From a virus, in IMG/VR virus record IMGVR_UViG_3300032144_000010: DNA of 63,186 nt; one strand, written 5' to 3'. The notes beneath the pieces were generated by a model. That model worked only from the letters and a program-made list of their open reading frames with translations, did not search any database and was not told where the DNA came from. A program made the position numbers and the translations under genes. The first letter of the stretch is position 1. Each line of letters starts with the position of its first letter. Of the stretch, positions 16,923 to 25,685 are shown one piece after another.

Positions 16923-17188
16923 TGGACGCGGGGAGTAAGGCCGCTGCGGTGTCATCGCCGCCCGTGGAGGCGTACAAGAGCGTGGAGCGCATGGTGAAGA
17001 CCGTGCGCATCGTGGTGCGCAACGTCTACGGCCAGCTGGTGTGCTACCCGGCCTGCGAGCGCGCGGACCTGTTCGCCGAGATCGCAGGCACGCGCACGCT
17101 CTCGCACCGTACCCTCGCTCTGGCCGAGCGGCTGGGCTACACGATCCACAACGACACACCTGTCATCGACTGGAGAAAAGCACGATGA
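16922..17188 (+). CDS. hypothetical protein (88 aa) between the ATPase and VWA genes
   Basis: ORF with start and stop overlaps to both neighbours. Confidence 0.55.
   Translation: MDAGSKAAAVSSPPVEAYKSVERMVKTVRIVVRNVYGQLVCYPACERADLFAEIAGTRTLSHRTLALAERLGYTIHNDTPVIDWRKAR
16945..16955 (+). repeat. copy of 11-mer TGCGGTGTCAT
   Basis: ggccgcTGCGGTGTCATcgccgcc; in frame A-V-S. Confidence 0.9.
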
Positions 17189-18432
17189 ACAAGACCCTGA
17201 TGGCAATGAGCGTTGCCGGTTCCACCGTGGACCCCAACGCTCCCCCGGACAGTTACAGCCTGACGCGCAGCCCCGGCATGGTGGAGGCCCTGAGCCGCCT
17301 CATGCTCACGCAGCCGTTCTTCGCGAGCCTGCTGCACTGGCTGAAGCTGTACCAGACCGACAGCCCGGCGATCCCGACGGCGGCCACCGACGGCTACAGC
17401 ATGTGGTACAACGCGCCGTGGTACGACGCGCTCCCGCTCGACGAACGTGTTGGCGTGCTGGCGCACGAACTGCTCCACGTCATGTTCGACCACATGGGAC
17501 GCAGCGCTGCCTATCAGGATCAGGGCATCGGCCCCGACTTCAAGCCGTGGGAACACGACCGCTACAACGTGGCGGCGGACTACGTCATCAACTCCATTTT
17601 GCAGGCCGGAAGTATCCGGCTCCCGAAGTCAGCGTTGCTGGACCCGAAAATAGCAACGCCCGACGATCAGGCGGACGACGTGTACTGCAAGGTCCCCAGC
17701 CCGCCCAAGCGCGGCGGAGGCGGTCACGGTGGCTTCGACAGGCACCTGCGCCCGCCGCCGACCCAGCGCCCGCGCAACCCGGCTGCCGTGAAGGCAGACG
17801 TGGCTGGCGCACGGCAAGCTGCGAGAGAAGCTGGCAACATGCCCGCCGCACTCGACCGTATCATCGGCGACCTGCTCGAACCGGTGATCCCGTGGCCCGA
17901 GAAGCTGCGCGAGTTTTGGGTGCGGGAGACCATCGGCAGGGACACGCAGACCTACAAGCGGCTGAACCGCCGCTGGCTCACGCGGTTCCCGTCGCTGCCG
18001 CTCATCTACCCCGGTCGCATGGGCTTCGCTCCTGTGGACGTGGTCGTGCAGATCGACACCAGCGGCTCCATCGGCGAGAAAGAAGTCACGAACTTCCTGA
18101 CCGAAGTGGCTGGCATCATGCGCGATGCGATGCCCGAGAACCTGCACATCCTGTGGGTGGACGCTGAAGTCGCAGGGACCGACCATCTCACGCACAACGA
18201 CAGCCCGGAGATTCTCCGCACGCTGAAGGCGAAGGGCGGCGGTGGCACGGACATGCGCGAGGGGTTCCTGTGGATCGACGAGAACCTCCAGCAGCGCGAC
18301 ATCGTGCACATCATCATGACCGACTGCTACACGCCATGGCCTGACGAAGCGCCCGAGTGGCCGGTATTCGTGCTGTCCACGACCGACGCCGAGTCGCCCG
18401 AGTGGGCACGCAGGGAGAACTACAACCAGTGA
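17185..18432 (+). CDS. zincin-like metallopeptidase + VWA domain protein (DUF2201-type partner of the AAA+ ATPase)
   Basis: HExxH in LAHELLHVMFDH. MIDAS-like VQIDTSGS ... GGGTD ... IMTDCY. ATG at 17185 follows ggagaaaag and forms an ATGA overlap. The ORF track opens at 17041. Confidence 0.8.
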   Translation: MNKTLMAMSVAGSTVDPNAPPDSYSLTRSPGMVEALSRLMLTQPFFASLLHWLKLYQTDSPAIPTAATDGYSMWYNAPWYDALPLDERVGVLAHELLHVMFDHMGRSAAYQDQGIGPDFKPWEHDRYNVAADYVINSILQAGSIRLPKSALLDPKIATPDDQADDVYCKVPSPPKRGGGGHGGFDRHLRPPPTQRPRNPAAVKADVAGARQAAREAGNMPAALDRIIGDLLEPVIPWPEKLREFWVRETIGRDTQTYKRLNRRWLTRFPSLPLIYPGRMGFAPVDVVVQIDTSGSIGEKEVTNFLTEVAGIMRDAMPENLHILWVDAEVAGTDHLTHNDSPEILRTLKAKGGGGTDMREGFLWIDENLQQRDIVHIIMTDCYTPWPDEAPEWPVFVLSTTDAESPEWARRENYNQ

Positions 18433-18770
18433 ACAGGGGCAACGTGACCGGACTGTACGTCCCCACGCCGGAGGAACTCCGTGCGTGGGCCGACAACCCT
18501 GCGGCCAACGGCATCGTGCCTGTCTTCCCGGCGACGTTGCGAAACCTAGCCGAGGAGATCGAGCGGCTTCGCGCTATCTGTATGCGCGACGAACCCGCCA
18601 TGTTCAAGGCGGCACAGGAAGACGACGAGCGCATGGCTCAGCTGGAAACCGACGCGCGCGAACTCTACGAGTATGCGGAAGACGCGCTCGCCGAGGAAAC
18701 CAACAACCCGCGCGCGGACGAACTGCGCGAGCGGTACGCCACGCGCGCCGTCACGAGGAAGAAGCCATGA
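18429..18770 (+). CDS. hypothetical helical acidic protein (GTG start in GTGA overlap)
   Basis: In-frame GTG at 18429 overlaps the VWA stop. Confidence 0.5.
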   Translation: MNRGNVTGLYVPTPEELRAWADNPAANGIVPVFPATLRNLAEEIERLRAICMRDEPAMFKAAQEDDERMAQLETDARELYEYAEDALAEETNNPRADELRERYATRAVTRKKP

Positions 18771-18997
18771 GCCACCCCGACGCACTGACCAAGAGCGAGC
18801 AGGCGAACTACAACACGTTCCTGCGCGCAGCCGGCAACGGCGACCTCGCGCTCATGTCATGCCACGACAAACGCAGCGGGCTGCGCGTGCCGATCATCTG
18901 TGCGGTGTCACAGGACGCGGACGGCACCGTGACCTTCACGCCCTTGGCGCAGCTACTGGATGGCACGCAGTACGAGTGGCTGGACCCGCCGACATGA
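18767..18997 (+). CDS. hypothetical protein (76 aa)
   Basis: ATGA overlap at 18767-18770. Confidence 0.55.
   Translation: MSHPDALTKSEQANYNTFLRAAGNGDLALMSCHDKRSGLRVPIICAVSQDADGTVTFTPLAQLLDGTQYEWLDPPT
18901..18910 (+). repeat. 10/11 copy of the motif (TGCGGTGTCAc)
   Basis: atctgTGCGGTGTCAcagg; in frame A-V-S. Confidence 0.8.
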
Positions 18998-19302
18998 ACG
19001 CCAACAAGCACCAGCGCCTGTACGTCACGCAGCTGGTTAAACGAGATCGCACGGGTCACTCTGGTGGGAACGTAGTCACCAAGCTGGTGCGCGATCACAT
19101 CGTGGTGCACGGCATGTGGGGCAGGTCACCGTGGAAACAGGAGAACTACCGGGAACACCACCGGGAGTTCACCAACTTCGCCGATGCCATCCACTACCAC
19201 GATGAGCTTTCGCTGAAGATCGCGCTCATGCTGGGCACCAATCAAATGACAACGTGGAGTCACCCGAAATGTCCGCTGCCTTTTCCGTTGGCGACCAAGT
19301 GA
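18994..19302 (+). CDS. hypothetical protein (102 aa)
   Basis: ATGA overlap at 18994-18997. Confidence 0.55.
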   Translation: MNANKHQRLYVTQLVKRDRTGHSGGNVVTKLVRDHIVVHGMWGRSPWKQENYREHHREFTNFADAIHYHDELSLKIALMLGTNQMTTWSHPKCPLPFPLATK

Positions 19303-19475
19303 TCGACCGCTGGTGGACCGAGATGGGCGTGGGCACCGTGACCATGGTGACGCGCGAGTACACCACCGTGCAGTGGAACACGAAGAGCAAGACCAGCAAG
19401 TACACACCCGCTGGCCTCAACTGGCTGCAACACGCGCCCGAGGAACAAGCCGATGGTAAAGACGAACAACCGTGA
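19269..19475 (+). CDS. hypothetical protein (68 aa)
   Basis: GGAG lies 10 nt upstream of the ATG at 19269. The ORF track opens at 19254. Confidence 0.45.
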   Translation: MSAAFSVGDQVIDRWWTEMGVGTVTMVTREYTTVQWNTKSKTSKYTPAGLNWLQHAPEEQADGKDEQP

Positions 19476-19800
19476 AGCACGCCAGTGCGTGTGCTTCCAT
19501 CTGGAATTCAAGGCCAACAATATTTTCGGCGAGAACGCCCCGAGCGGCGTCTATGTCGTGTACTCGTATGGCAGGCATTGGCCGATGTTCGCGTACATCG
19601 GAGATGTCTGGTACGAGAACAGCGACCGCTTCAGCCCGACGACCAGCAAGCATCGCAGCCAAGTATGCCCGCCCGTGGACACGGTAAAGCTCCCATGCGT
19701 GGAGATGCAGATGCTCATCAAGGAAGGCCGCAACTACAAACCCAGCGCAGCGGTCATCATTGCCGCTGAATTCAACACGCCAGAAGGTGCAGTGTCATGA
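19453..19800 (+). CDS. hypothetical protein (115 aa)
   Basis: ORF with YSYGRHWPMF...W.EN.DRFSPTTSKH; no confident family assignment. Confidence 0.55.
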   Translation: MVKTNNREARQCVCFHLEFKANNIFGENAPSGVYVVYSYGRHWPMFAYIGDVWYENSDRFSPTTSKHRSQVCPPVDTVKLPCVEMQMLIKEGRNYKPSAAVIIAAEFNTPEGAVS

Positions 19801-20198
19801 GCGACAAGTCCCATGTGACCATGGAGCAGCAAGTGTGCGCCGTGTGCGGCAAGAAATTCTCGACCGGGAACATACTGCTGGACAGGAAGCTGCGCAATGC
19901 CTTCGATCAGTACACCGTCACCGGCTACGGCATGTGCGACGAACATGCGAAGCTGCGCGACGACGGCTACGTGGCGCTGATCGCCATGGACCCGGAGAAG
20001 TCCAGCACGCAGGGCGACAGTGTTCGCCTCGACGACGTGTTCCGCACGGGCACCGTCGCGCATGTGCGCAAGTCCCTGTGGGCGAAGATCATTCGTCAGC
20101 CCGAAATGACGCAGGAACAGCTGCTGGAGAAACCGTTCGTGTTCGTCACTGACGACTTCATCACGGCGCTTGCCAAGATCACCAACAGCGCCAACTAG
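19797..20198 (+). CDS. hypothetical protein with N-terminal Cys cluster (CAVCG...GMCDEH)
   Basis: ATGA overlap at 19797. Confidence 0.6.
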   Translation: MSDKSHVTMEQQVCAVCGKKFSTGNILLDRKLRNAFDQYTVTGYGMCDEHAKLRDDGYVALIAMDPEKSSTQGDSVRLDDVFRTGTVAHVRKSLWAKIIRQPEMTQEQLLEKPFVFVTDDFITALAKITNSAN

Positions 20199-20207
20199 GA
20201 GACCGCC

Positions 20208-20393
20208 GTGCTTCGCGTGCTGATTTACTTCGCTCGCCTGTTCATCATGTGGGTGGGCGTCAAGCTGATGGGACTCGACAGCCTGACGTGGTGGCAAGCC
20301 ACTGGCTGCATGCTGATGTTCATCGCCGGTACGTTCGACCGCGAACAATGGATGCGTGGGTACCGGTATGGCCTTAAAAACAACCCCCGCTGA
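20208..20393 (+). CDS. small membrane protein, two predicted TM helices (GTG start)
   Basis: VLIYFARLFIMWVGVKLMGL and WWQATGCMLMFIAGTF are hydrophobic stretches. Confidence 0.5.
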   Translation: MLRVLIYFARLFIMWVGVKLMGLDSLTWWQATGCMLMFIAGTFDREQWMRGYRYGLKNNPR

Positions 20394-20817
20394 AGTGCTG
20401 AGCGCGCCGCAGCTGTACTCGCTGAAGCGCGCCGTCTCCGAGCGCGTAGCCAAGCTGGTGCCGCCTGCTGACAGCACGATCCAGCAACGCATCCTCGTAT
20501 CGCAGCGCGCCGTTGCCATCGGCGACCTCGTTGCCAAGAGCGTCACGCACGCCACCGTGTGCGAAGAACGCGACTCCGTGCGCCTGTTGACGAACATGGA
20601 ACTGCACGTCTTCTGGGACGGCGAGCTTGAGCCGACCACTGTGCGGTACTCGTTCTCGGATGTAGTACAGAGCCGGCCGGAGCGTCGCGCGCTCCGCAAG
20701 AACGATGACTGGTGGCGTCACGCCATGAGCGTGCTGATCGCTGGCATTCCCGAGGGCACGCTGCTCGCAGCGGTCCTGAAATACACCCCCACGAACGGAG
20801 CAACCGACAATGTTTAG
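20368..20817 (+). CDS. hypothetical protein (~149 aa)
   Basis: ATG at 20368 within ORF 20356..20817. Confidence 0.55.
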   Translation: MALKTTPAEVLSAPQLYSLKRAVSERVAKLVPPADSTIQQRILVSQRAVAIGDLVAKSVTHATVCEERDSVRLLTNMELHVFWDGELEPTTVRYSFSDVVQSRPERRALRKNDDWWRHAMSVLIAGIPEGTLLAAVLKYTPTNGATDNV

Positions 20818-21379
20818 CCCACAGGGCGGACTGGCCGCCCAATGCCGCACGCACAACAAGGCCCTGCACGGTCTGCAAGGCACGTCGGAGATCACGCTGG
20901 ACCTCTCACGCTACCCGCAGGCGGTGCGCACCCGAGCGTCCAACCAGATCGACTGCCGCGTGCGTACCACGGATGCGTACTCGTCCCTGAGCGGCGGACT
21001 CATCCGCCTGATGGAGTATCTCTACGCGTTCAACCTGCCGCTCAACCTCGCGCGCGGCAACCGGCAGGTACTCGTCCCGCGCGAACACCTGCAAGAGGCG
21101 AAGGACCTCGTGCACCTGATGAACATGGAGTGCGCCGCCGTTGCCACCGTGGGCGAGGCGAAGAACTGCAACGGCGTGTGGTTCTACATGACGGGCAGCC
21201 AGTTGGGCGTTCATGATCGCCCGAGTCGCTACAACGAGAAGCTGTTCTTCTCCCGGCTTGGCCCGCTGATGCGCAAGTGCTGCGCGGACCATGTGAACGA
21301 ACGGGCGGACCAAGCCGTGGTGGCTCTTACGAAGGCCATCACGGTACAGACGACGGCCAATCTGGAATTCACGAAGTGA
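20810..21379 (+). CDS. hypothetical protein (189 aa)
   Basis: ORF in the co-directional array. Confidence 0.6.
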   Translation: MFSPQGGLAAQCRTHNKALHGLQGTSEITLDLSRYPQAVRTRASNQIDCRVRTTDAYSSLSGGLIRLMEYLYAFNLPLNLARGNRQVLVPREHLQEAKDLVHLMNMECAAVATVGEAKNCNGVWFYMTGSQLGVHDRPSRYNEKLFFSRLGPLMRKCCADHVNERADQAVVALTKAITVQTTANLEFTK

Positions 21380-22140
21380 GCAAGTGGCTCAGGTACAAAG
21401 AGGAGGAGAAAGTGAGCGGCGAAACCAACAGACTGAACGACTACCTGCGCGAGCAGATCAACCAGACGGTGAAGAACTACCTGTCGTGGCTGCGCGCCAA
21501 GATCGAGCCCATCATCGTCACGGAGGAAGACCGCGAGGACCTCATCCGCGCGGCCTACGGCGACGACGTCCGCGACTTGCAGCTTCGGCTGTACGCACTC
21601 GCGCCTGACGCCGTGGAGACCTCCTACGGCACTTCCCTGCGCTTCAGAATGGAGCGCGAGAACGAGACTGACGCCCCCATCGCCCGCACCGTCACGCTGA
21701 GCCACGGCGACCGTAGGCCGTCCTACGACCTCCCACGCAACAACCTGCTCAATCCGGCCATCTATCCGGGCATGCTGGAGTGGTTGCAGGCGTGCCACGC
21801 CATGGACGTGATGATCGCCAAGGACTGCAACTTCGTGCATACCCTGTGCGAACAGCTGGGCACCTACGGTCAGCTGCTGCGCCTGTGGCCGGACTTCATC
21901 CAGTACCTGCCCGGCAAGGAACGACTGGAAGTAGCGCGCAACCAGAAGAAGCGCAGCGCCGTGCAGGCCGAGTACGAGTTCGCCATGGGCAAGAAGCTCA
22001 CCCGCTGGGATGTTCAGGACAGGCTCCATAGGATCAACACGAGACTCGCCGAAGGCGCCTTGCTCAAGTCGGTCATCAACGAGCAGCGCGAGAAGAACCA
22101 GCAGACCGAAGAGTATCGGGCTGAGCTTTGGCCGGCATGA
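21376..22140 (+). CDS. hypothetical protein (~254 aa; GTG start in GTGA overlap)
   Basis: In-frame GTG at 21376 overlaps the upstream TGA. The ORF track opens at 21277. Confidence 0.6.
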   Translation: MSKWLRYKEEEKVSGETNRLNDYLREQINQTVKNYLSWLRAKIEPIIVTEEDREDLIRAAYGDDVRDLQLRLYALAPDAVETSYGTSLRFRMERENETDAPIARTVTLSHGDRRPSYDLPRNNLLNPAIYPGMLEWLQACHAMDVMIAKDCNFVHTLCEQLGTYGQLLRLWPDFIQYLPGKERLEVARNQKKRSAVQAEYEFAMGKKLTRWDVQDRLHRINTRLAEGALLKSVINEQREKNQQTEEYRAELWPA

Positions 22141-22526
22141 ACACCGAGGAAGCCGACCTGACGGTGCTGCTTCAGGCAGCATGGACGCGGCACATGATCG
22201 ACAAGTACCACGTCCCGCTGGCAAAAGCCCGGCTCGCTGCCGGGCACCTGACCAAGGGCATCGTGCTGCGCCGTGGCGCGAAAGTCGTTCAAGTGGACTT
22301 CGTGTTCCGTCGCCTCGACCGAGCGTACACGTTCCAGAGAGAGGTTGGTGGATGGATACACGACGACGTCATCGTGGGGCTTAACGCTGCGGTGTCATCC
22401 ATCGCCGACGACATCCTGACTGGAGCCATATTGGCCGTTGACCAAGCGCCGCCGCCCGGCGAGGACGAGGAAACGCACAGCGTCAAGTGGTATCTGGAAC
22501 AAACCGAGAAGCTGGCAGCCCTGTGA
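22137..22526 (+). CDS. hypothetical protein (~129 aa)
   Basis: ATGA overlap at 22137-22140. Confidence 0.55.
   Translation: MNTEEADLTVLLQAAWTRHMIDKYHVPLAKARLAAGHLTKGIVLRRGAKVVQVDFVFRRLDRAYTFQREVGGWIHDDVIVGLNAAVSSIADDILTGAILAVDQAPPPGEDEETHSVKWYLEQTEKLAAL
22388..22398 (+). repeat. copy of 11-mer TGCGGTGTCAT
   Basis: taacgcTGCGGTGTCATccatcg; in frame A-V-S. Confidence 0.9.
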
Positions 22527-22882
22527 CCGACTTCACCACGATGATGCGCTCGACGGCCACGGTCGTCATCAGCAAGACCCTGTCCTGTTCGCTGGACCAA
22601 GCGCACGCGCTCGCGGGCCGCATCCATCGACTGGAGTACACGCACCCGGTATTCCACGGGCCGCGCAACTTCAAATGCGCGCTGTACATCAACGACAGCA
22701 ACGACAGCAACGACAGCAACGGCAGCAGAAGCCTGTCCCTGTATGAATTCGTGCACGAACTGAAACCGGGCGAGTTCTCGGAGTATTCCGCATGTCAGAT
22801 GCCAGCGATGCGCAAGCTCGTCGTCGCGCGCTCACTCTTTCACAGTTTGGACCAAGTACGTTGGCTCAGTCTGTTTCTATGA
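22523..22882 (+). CDS. paralog-family member A (C-terminal ...SLDQVRWLSLFL)
   Basis: GTGA overlap at 22523. It carries an in-frame (NDS)n repeat and the family C-terminal motif. Confidence 0.55.
   Translation: MTDFTTMMRSTATVVISKTLSCSLDQAHALAGRIHRLEYTHPVFHGPRNFKCALYINDSNDSNDSNGSRSLSLYEFVHELKPGEFSEYSACQMPAMRKLVVARSLFHSLDQVRWLSLFL
22691..22726 (+). repeat. 9-bp tandem repeat aacgacagc x3 plus aacggcagc
   Basis: Read directly; encodes NDSNDSNDSNGS. Confidence 0.9.
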
Positions 22883-23205
22883 CCAACAAACTCTCGCAGG
22901 AACACATCACGCACATAGCTCGCGCGCAGCTGAATCAACTGTTGCTGCGCGAAGGCTACACGCTGGTGCAGCGCCAGAAGATCGGCGAAAGCATGGTCAG
23001 CGTAGTGATGGATGACAACCCGTTCGACTACTCGGCGATGGTGAAGATGGTATTCACGATTGGCGGCAAGACGCAGCGGTTCAACTACGAAGTGGGTCGT
23101 CAGTCTCCTACCGCGCTGAGTCAGCGCGAAGGCCGGGCTACTTCGCTGATTACTGAGGCACTCGAAAGCATGGACAAGCTGGTATGGCTGACAATCGCAA
23201 GCTAG
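22879..23205 (+). CDS. paralog-family member B (C-terminal ...SMDKLVWLTIAS)
   Basis: ATGA overlap at 22879. The ORF track opens at 22792. Confidence 0.55.
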   Translation: MTNKLSQEHITHIARAQLNQLLLREGYTLVQRQKIGESMVSVVMDDNPFDYSAMVKMVFTIGGKTQRFNYEVGRQSPTALSQREGRATSLITEALESMDKLVWLTIAS

Positions 23206-23501
23206 TCGAGTGTGCGCAGCGCCGCTTCGTGCGCAGGCTGGTGCGCGAGTTCGGCATGACGTACCCGGAGACGCACATCGTCAAGAACCTGACGAACGTG
23301 ATCCTTGAGCGGCACCACAACAACGGTGGGCGCGGGGCGGTTCATTTCTACGGGCGAGATGTTACGCCTTCCGTGAGCGTGCGCATGCAGCTGCAAGGCT
23401 CGGACGTGTACAGCATCCAGACGCGTGTCGTATCCAACCTCGTGAAGCGCGCCGTGGACTCGCTGGATGTTCTCCAGATCGGAATTCTGCTCAGTGAATG
23501 A
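23184..23501 (+). CDS. paralog-family member C (divergent C-terminus ...VDSLDVLQIGILLSE)
   Basis: Same size and helix/strand/helix layout as its neighbours. Confidence 0.5.
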   Translation: MADNRKLVECAQRRFVRRLVREFGMTYPETHIVKNLTNVILERHHNNGGRGAVHFYGRDVTPSVSVRMQLQGSDVYSIQTRVVSNLVKRAVDSLDVLQIGILLSE

Positions 23502-23736
23502 ATTCAAAGCCGAGCCCGGCGACATCGTGGAGAGCTTCGGTATCTATGCCGTATTCGAGGGCTACCACGAACGCGACATCGCGCACATCTACGCACGCGA
23601 CAACTTCAGAGGCGTAGTCCTGTGCGCATTGGAGACTGGCTCGCTTACTATTCCTATCTGGCGGAAGGTCCACCCCGACGAAGAAGGCAACGTGCCGCCA
23701 ATCCTAGTGATGCTGTCCAAGGCGATGAAGTCATGA
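23467..23736 (+). CDS. hypothetical protein (start 23467 ATG or 23494 GTG)
   Basis: ORF inside the paralog array, without the family motif. Confidence 0.5.
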   Translation: MFSRSEFCSVNEFKAEPGDIVESFGIYAVFEGYHERDIAHIYARDNFRGVVLCALETGSLTIPIWRKVHPDEEGNVPPILVMLSKAMKS

Positions 23737-24011
23737 GCGTGTACACCGACGAGTTCGGCGACAGCATTCGCCCCGGCATGTTGCTGCACCACATGGGCAT
23801 CTGGCTGGTCACGATCAATCGCGACCACAGCAAGGAATACGCCGACGAGAAGCGCTGGTACTGCTGCATCCACAATCACGGCAAGGGACCGGACACCTAC
23901 GTGCTGCCCGTACCGCAGGACGTGCTGCTCGACCTGATGGTGCGCTCGCGCCCGGAGGACGACAAAGCACCGCCCGCGCTGCAAATGCTGGCGACGGTGC
24001 TTCGCCGATGA
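23733..24011 (+). CDS. hypothetical protein (92 aa)
   Basis: ATGA overlap at 23733. Confidence 0.5.
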   Translation: MSVYTDEFGDSIRPGMLLHHMGIWLVTINRDHSKEYADEKRWYCCIHNHGKGPDTYVLPVPQDVLLDLMVRSRPEDDKAPPALQMLATVLRR

Positions 24012-24379
24012 CCAAGCGCACGAAGAAGCTCGCGCGCCAAGCGCGGAAGAAAGCCGTAACCGGCAAGGGCAGCCACGCGCGGGCAACCAAGACCGTCGCG
24101 CCGAACCTCACCACGGCGCGCGCACTGATCGTGGAGAAGATGCGCAACTGGTACGATCTGGAAAAGACGCTGTGCATCCGTGTCTCCAACATGCTCACCG
24201 ACGTGTCGATTGGACGCGACTGGCAGACCGGAGAGACGCAGGCCGAGTTCATGTTCGTTGGCTTCGGTGTCATCTGCGTCGTGCTGGACGGCATGCACAA
24301 CCTGTCCACGGCGCTGAGCAGCATCGACGAACTGGTGTGGGCGTTGTTGATCGCTGAAGCGAAGGCTGCGGTGTCATGA
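24008..24379 (+). CDS. paralog-family member F (…SSIDELVWALLIAEAKAAVS)
   Basis: ATGA overlap at 24008, with a basic N-terminus. Confidence 0.55.
   Translation: MTKRTKKLARQARKKAVTGKGSHARATKTVAPNLTTARALIVEKMRNWYDLEKTLCIRVSNMLTDVSIGRDWQTGETQAEFMFVGFGVICVVLDGMHNLSTALSSIDELVWALLIAEAKAAVS
24367..24377 (+). repeat. copy of 11-mer TGCGGTGTCAT spanning a stop/start junction
   Basis: gaaggcTGCGGTGTCATgagcg. Confidence 0.9.
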
Positions 24380-24702
24380 GCGAGGAAGTGAGCCAGCTGG
24401 AATACGCGCGCAGCGCGATCTTCTTCATGCTGTACTCCGAGAGACAGCTGGAGCGCAAGCAGGCGCGTCGCGCGGCTGAACGGCTATTGGGCATCGAGGC
24501 TTCGTACAACAGGCGCAGGCAGCAGTACATGGTCCGGCTGACGTTCGCGGGGCTGCCTCGTTCCATCGAGTCGTTCCACGATATGTCGAGCATGTACACC
24601 GGCTTGGACGCCAAGACCAAGGGGCTCAACGCCGAGCAGGGGATGATCTACCGTGCCATTCACCTTGTGGACCCGATGCTATGGATCGCGATAGCCGCAT
24701 AG
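24376..24702 (+). CDS. paralog-family member G (…HLVDPMLWIAIAA)
   Basis: ATGA overlap at 24376. Confidence 0.55.
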   Translation: MSEEVSQLEYARSAIFFMLYSERQLERKQARRAAERLLGIEASYNRRRQQYMVRLTFAGLPRSIESFHDMSSMYTGLDAKTKGLNAEQGMIYRAIHLVDPMLWIAIAA

Positions 24703-25025
24703 TTTTCAGCGCAAACGAAGACACAGTTCGCTCGCTGATGCGCGGCATGGACCTCCCGGACAACATCCCGAGCATGATGCGCAAGAACGCTTCGCGCTCG
24801 CTGAACAGCGTGGAGATCACGGTGCCCAACGACGGGCACTCGTTGCGCCGCGCGACGATAACGCTCATATTCAAGAACCCGGACTTCAGCGTGATCGCCC
24901 ACCACGGCGTGGCGATGAAACACGAGAACGGGCGCTGGGCCATCGTCCGTGAAGACCACGACCTCTGCCTGCGCGCCGCTGTGCGCGCCATCGACCCGCT
25001 GGTGTGGGGAATCCTCAGTGCCTGA
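24681..25025 (+). CDS. paralog-family member H (…RAIDPLVWGILSA)
   Basis: ORF with the family C-terminal motif. Confidence 0.55.
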   Translation: MDRDSRIVFSANEDTVRSLMRGMDLPDNIPSMMRKNASRSLNSVEITVPNDGHSLRRATITLIFKNPDFSVIAHHGVAMKHENGRWAIVREDHDLCLRAAVRAIDPLVWGILSA

Positions 25026-25368
25026 CCTGAAAGGAACGCGCGGAGTGAATCGCAGGGTGCTGATGCTGCTGCACGAAACCAAGAGTGTCCTCGAACTGCG
25101 CTGCTCGCTGATCCGCCCGCAGTGTTCGCGCCACACGCTGGTGGACCGGCTCGATGGCATCGAAGTCGCTGGCGACACGGGCGACTGGCTGGTGGTGCCG
25201 AAGGTCACGCTGCTGTTCGTCGATCTCGATGGGAACATCTTCCACGCGCCTGTTGTGCCGGAATACTCGCAGTGGTACTTGAAGGCGCTGCTCGGCGGGC
25301 ACGCATCCACGCCACCATGCCCGCTCGCTGAAGACCAAATACTAGGGCTGCTGCTGCACTATGGCTAA
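25018..25368 (+). CDS. hypothetical protein (GTG start; uncertain)
   Basis: In-frame GTG at 25018 just before the upstream stop. The ORF track opens at 24949. Confidence 0.45.
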   Translation: MPDLKGTRGVNRRVLMLLHETKSVLELRCSLIRPQCSRHTLVDRLDGIEVAGDTGDWLVVPKVTLLFVDLDGNIFHAPVVPEYSQWYLKALLGGHASTPPCPLAEDQILGLLLHYG

Positions 25369-25681
25369 CGATGAGCGCGACGACACGCTGAAGCAACAGC
25401 ACATTCGCGCAGCGTTCGAGTCGCAGCTGTTTCGCCATCGCCGCGACACGCTGGCGACAAGCAACGTGTGGGAACCGACCTACCGCGTGGCGATGGTCTA
25501 CAAGTACCCGGTGACGGGGCCGGAGGGCAACGGCGTCTGGCTGCTGTTCGACCACGGCTACAAAGCTCCTACCACGGAGAAGTTCGCAAGATGGTTCAAC
25601 GAGCGCGGCGACGTCCTGCCGCCCCCGCCGCTCGATGACCCGACGATCAGTGCGCTACTACTCAAATTTGGTGTACGCTAA
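25361..25681 (+). CDS. hypothetical protein (106 aa)
   Basis: ORF in the co-directional array. Confidence 0.55.
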   Translation: MANDERDDTLKQQHIRAAFESQLFRHRRDTLATSNVWEPTYRVAMVYKYPVTGPEGNGVWLLFDHGYKAPTTEKFARWFNERGDVLPPPPLDDPTISALLLKFGVR

Positions 25682-25685
25682 GAGC

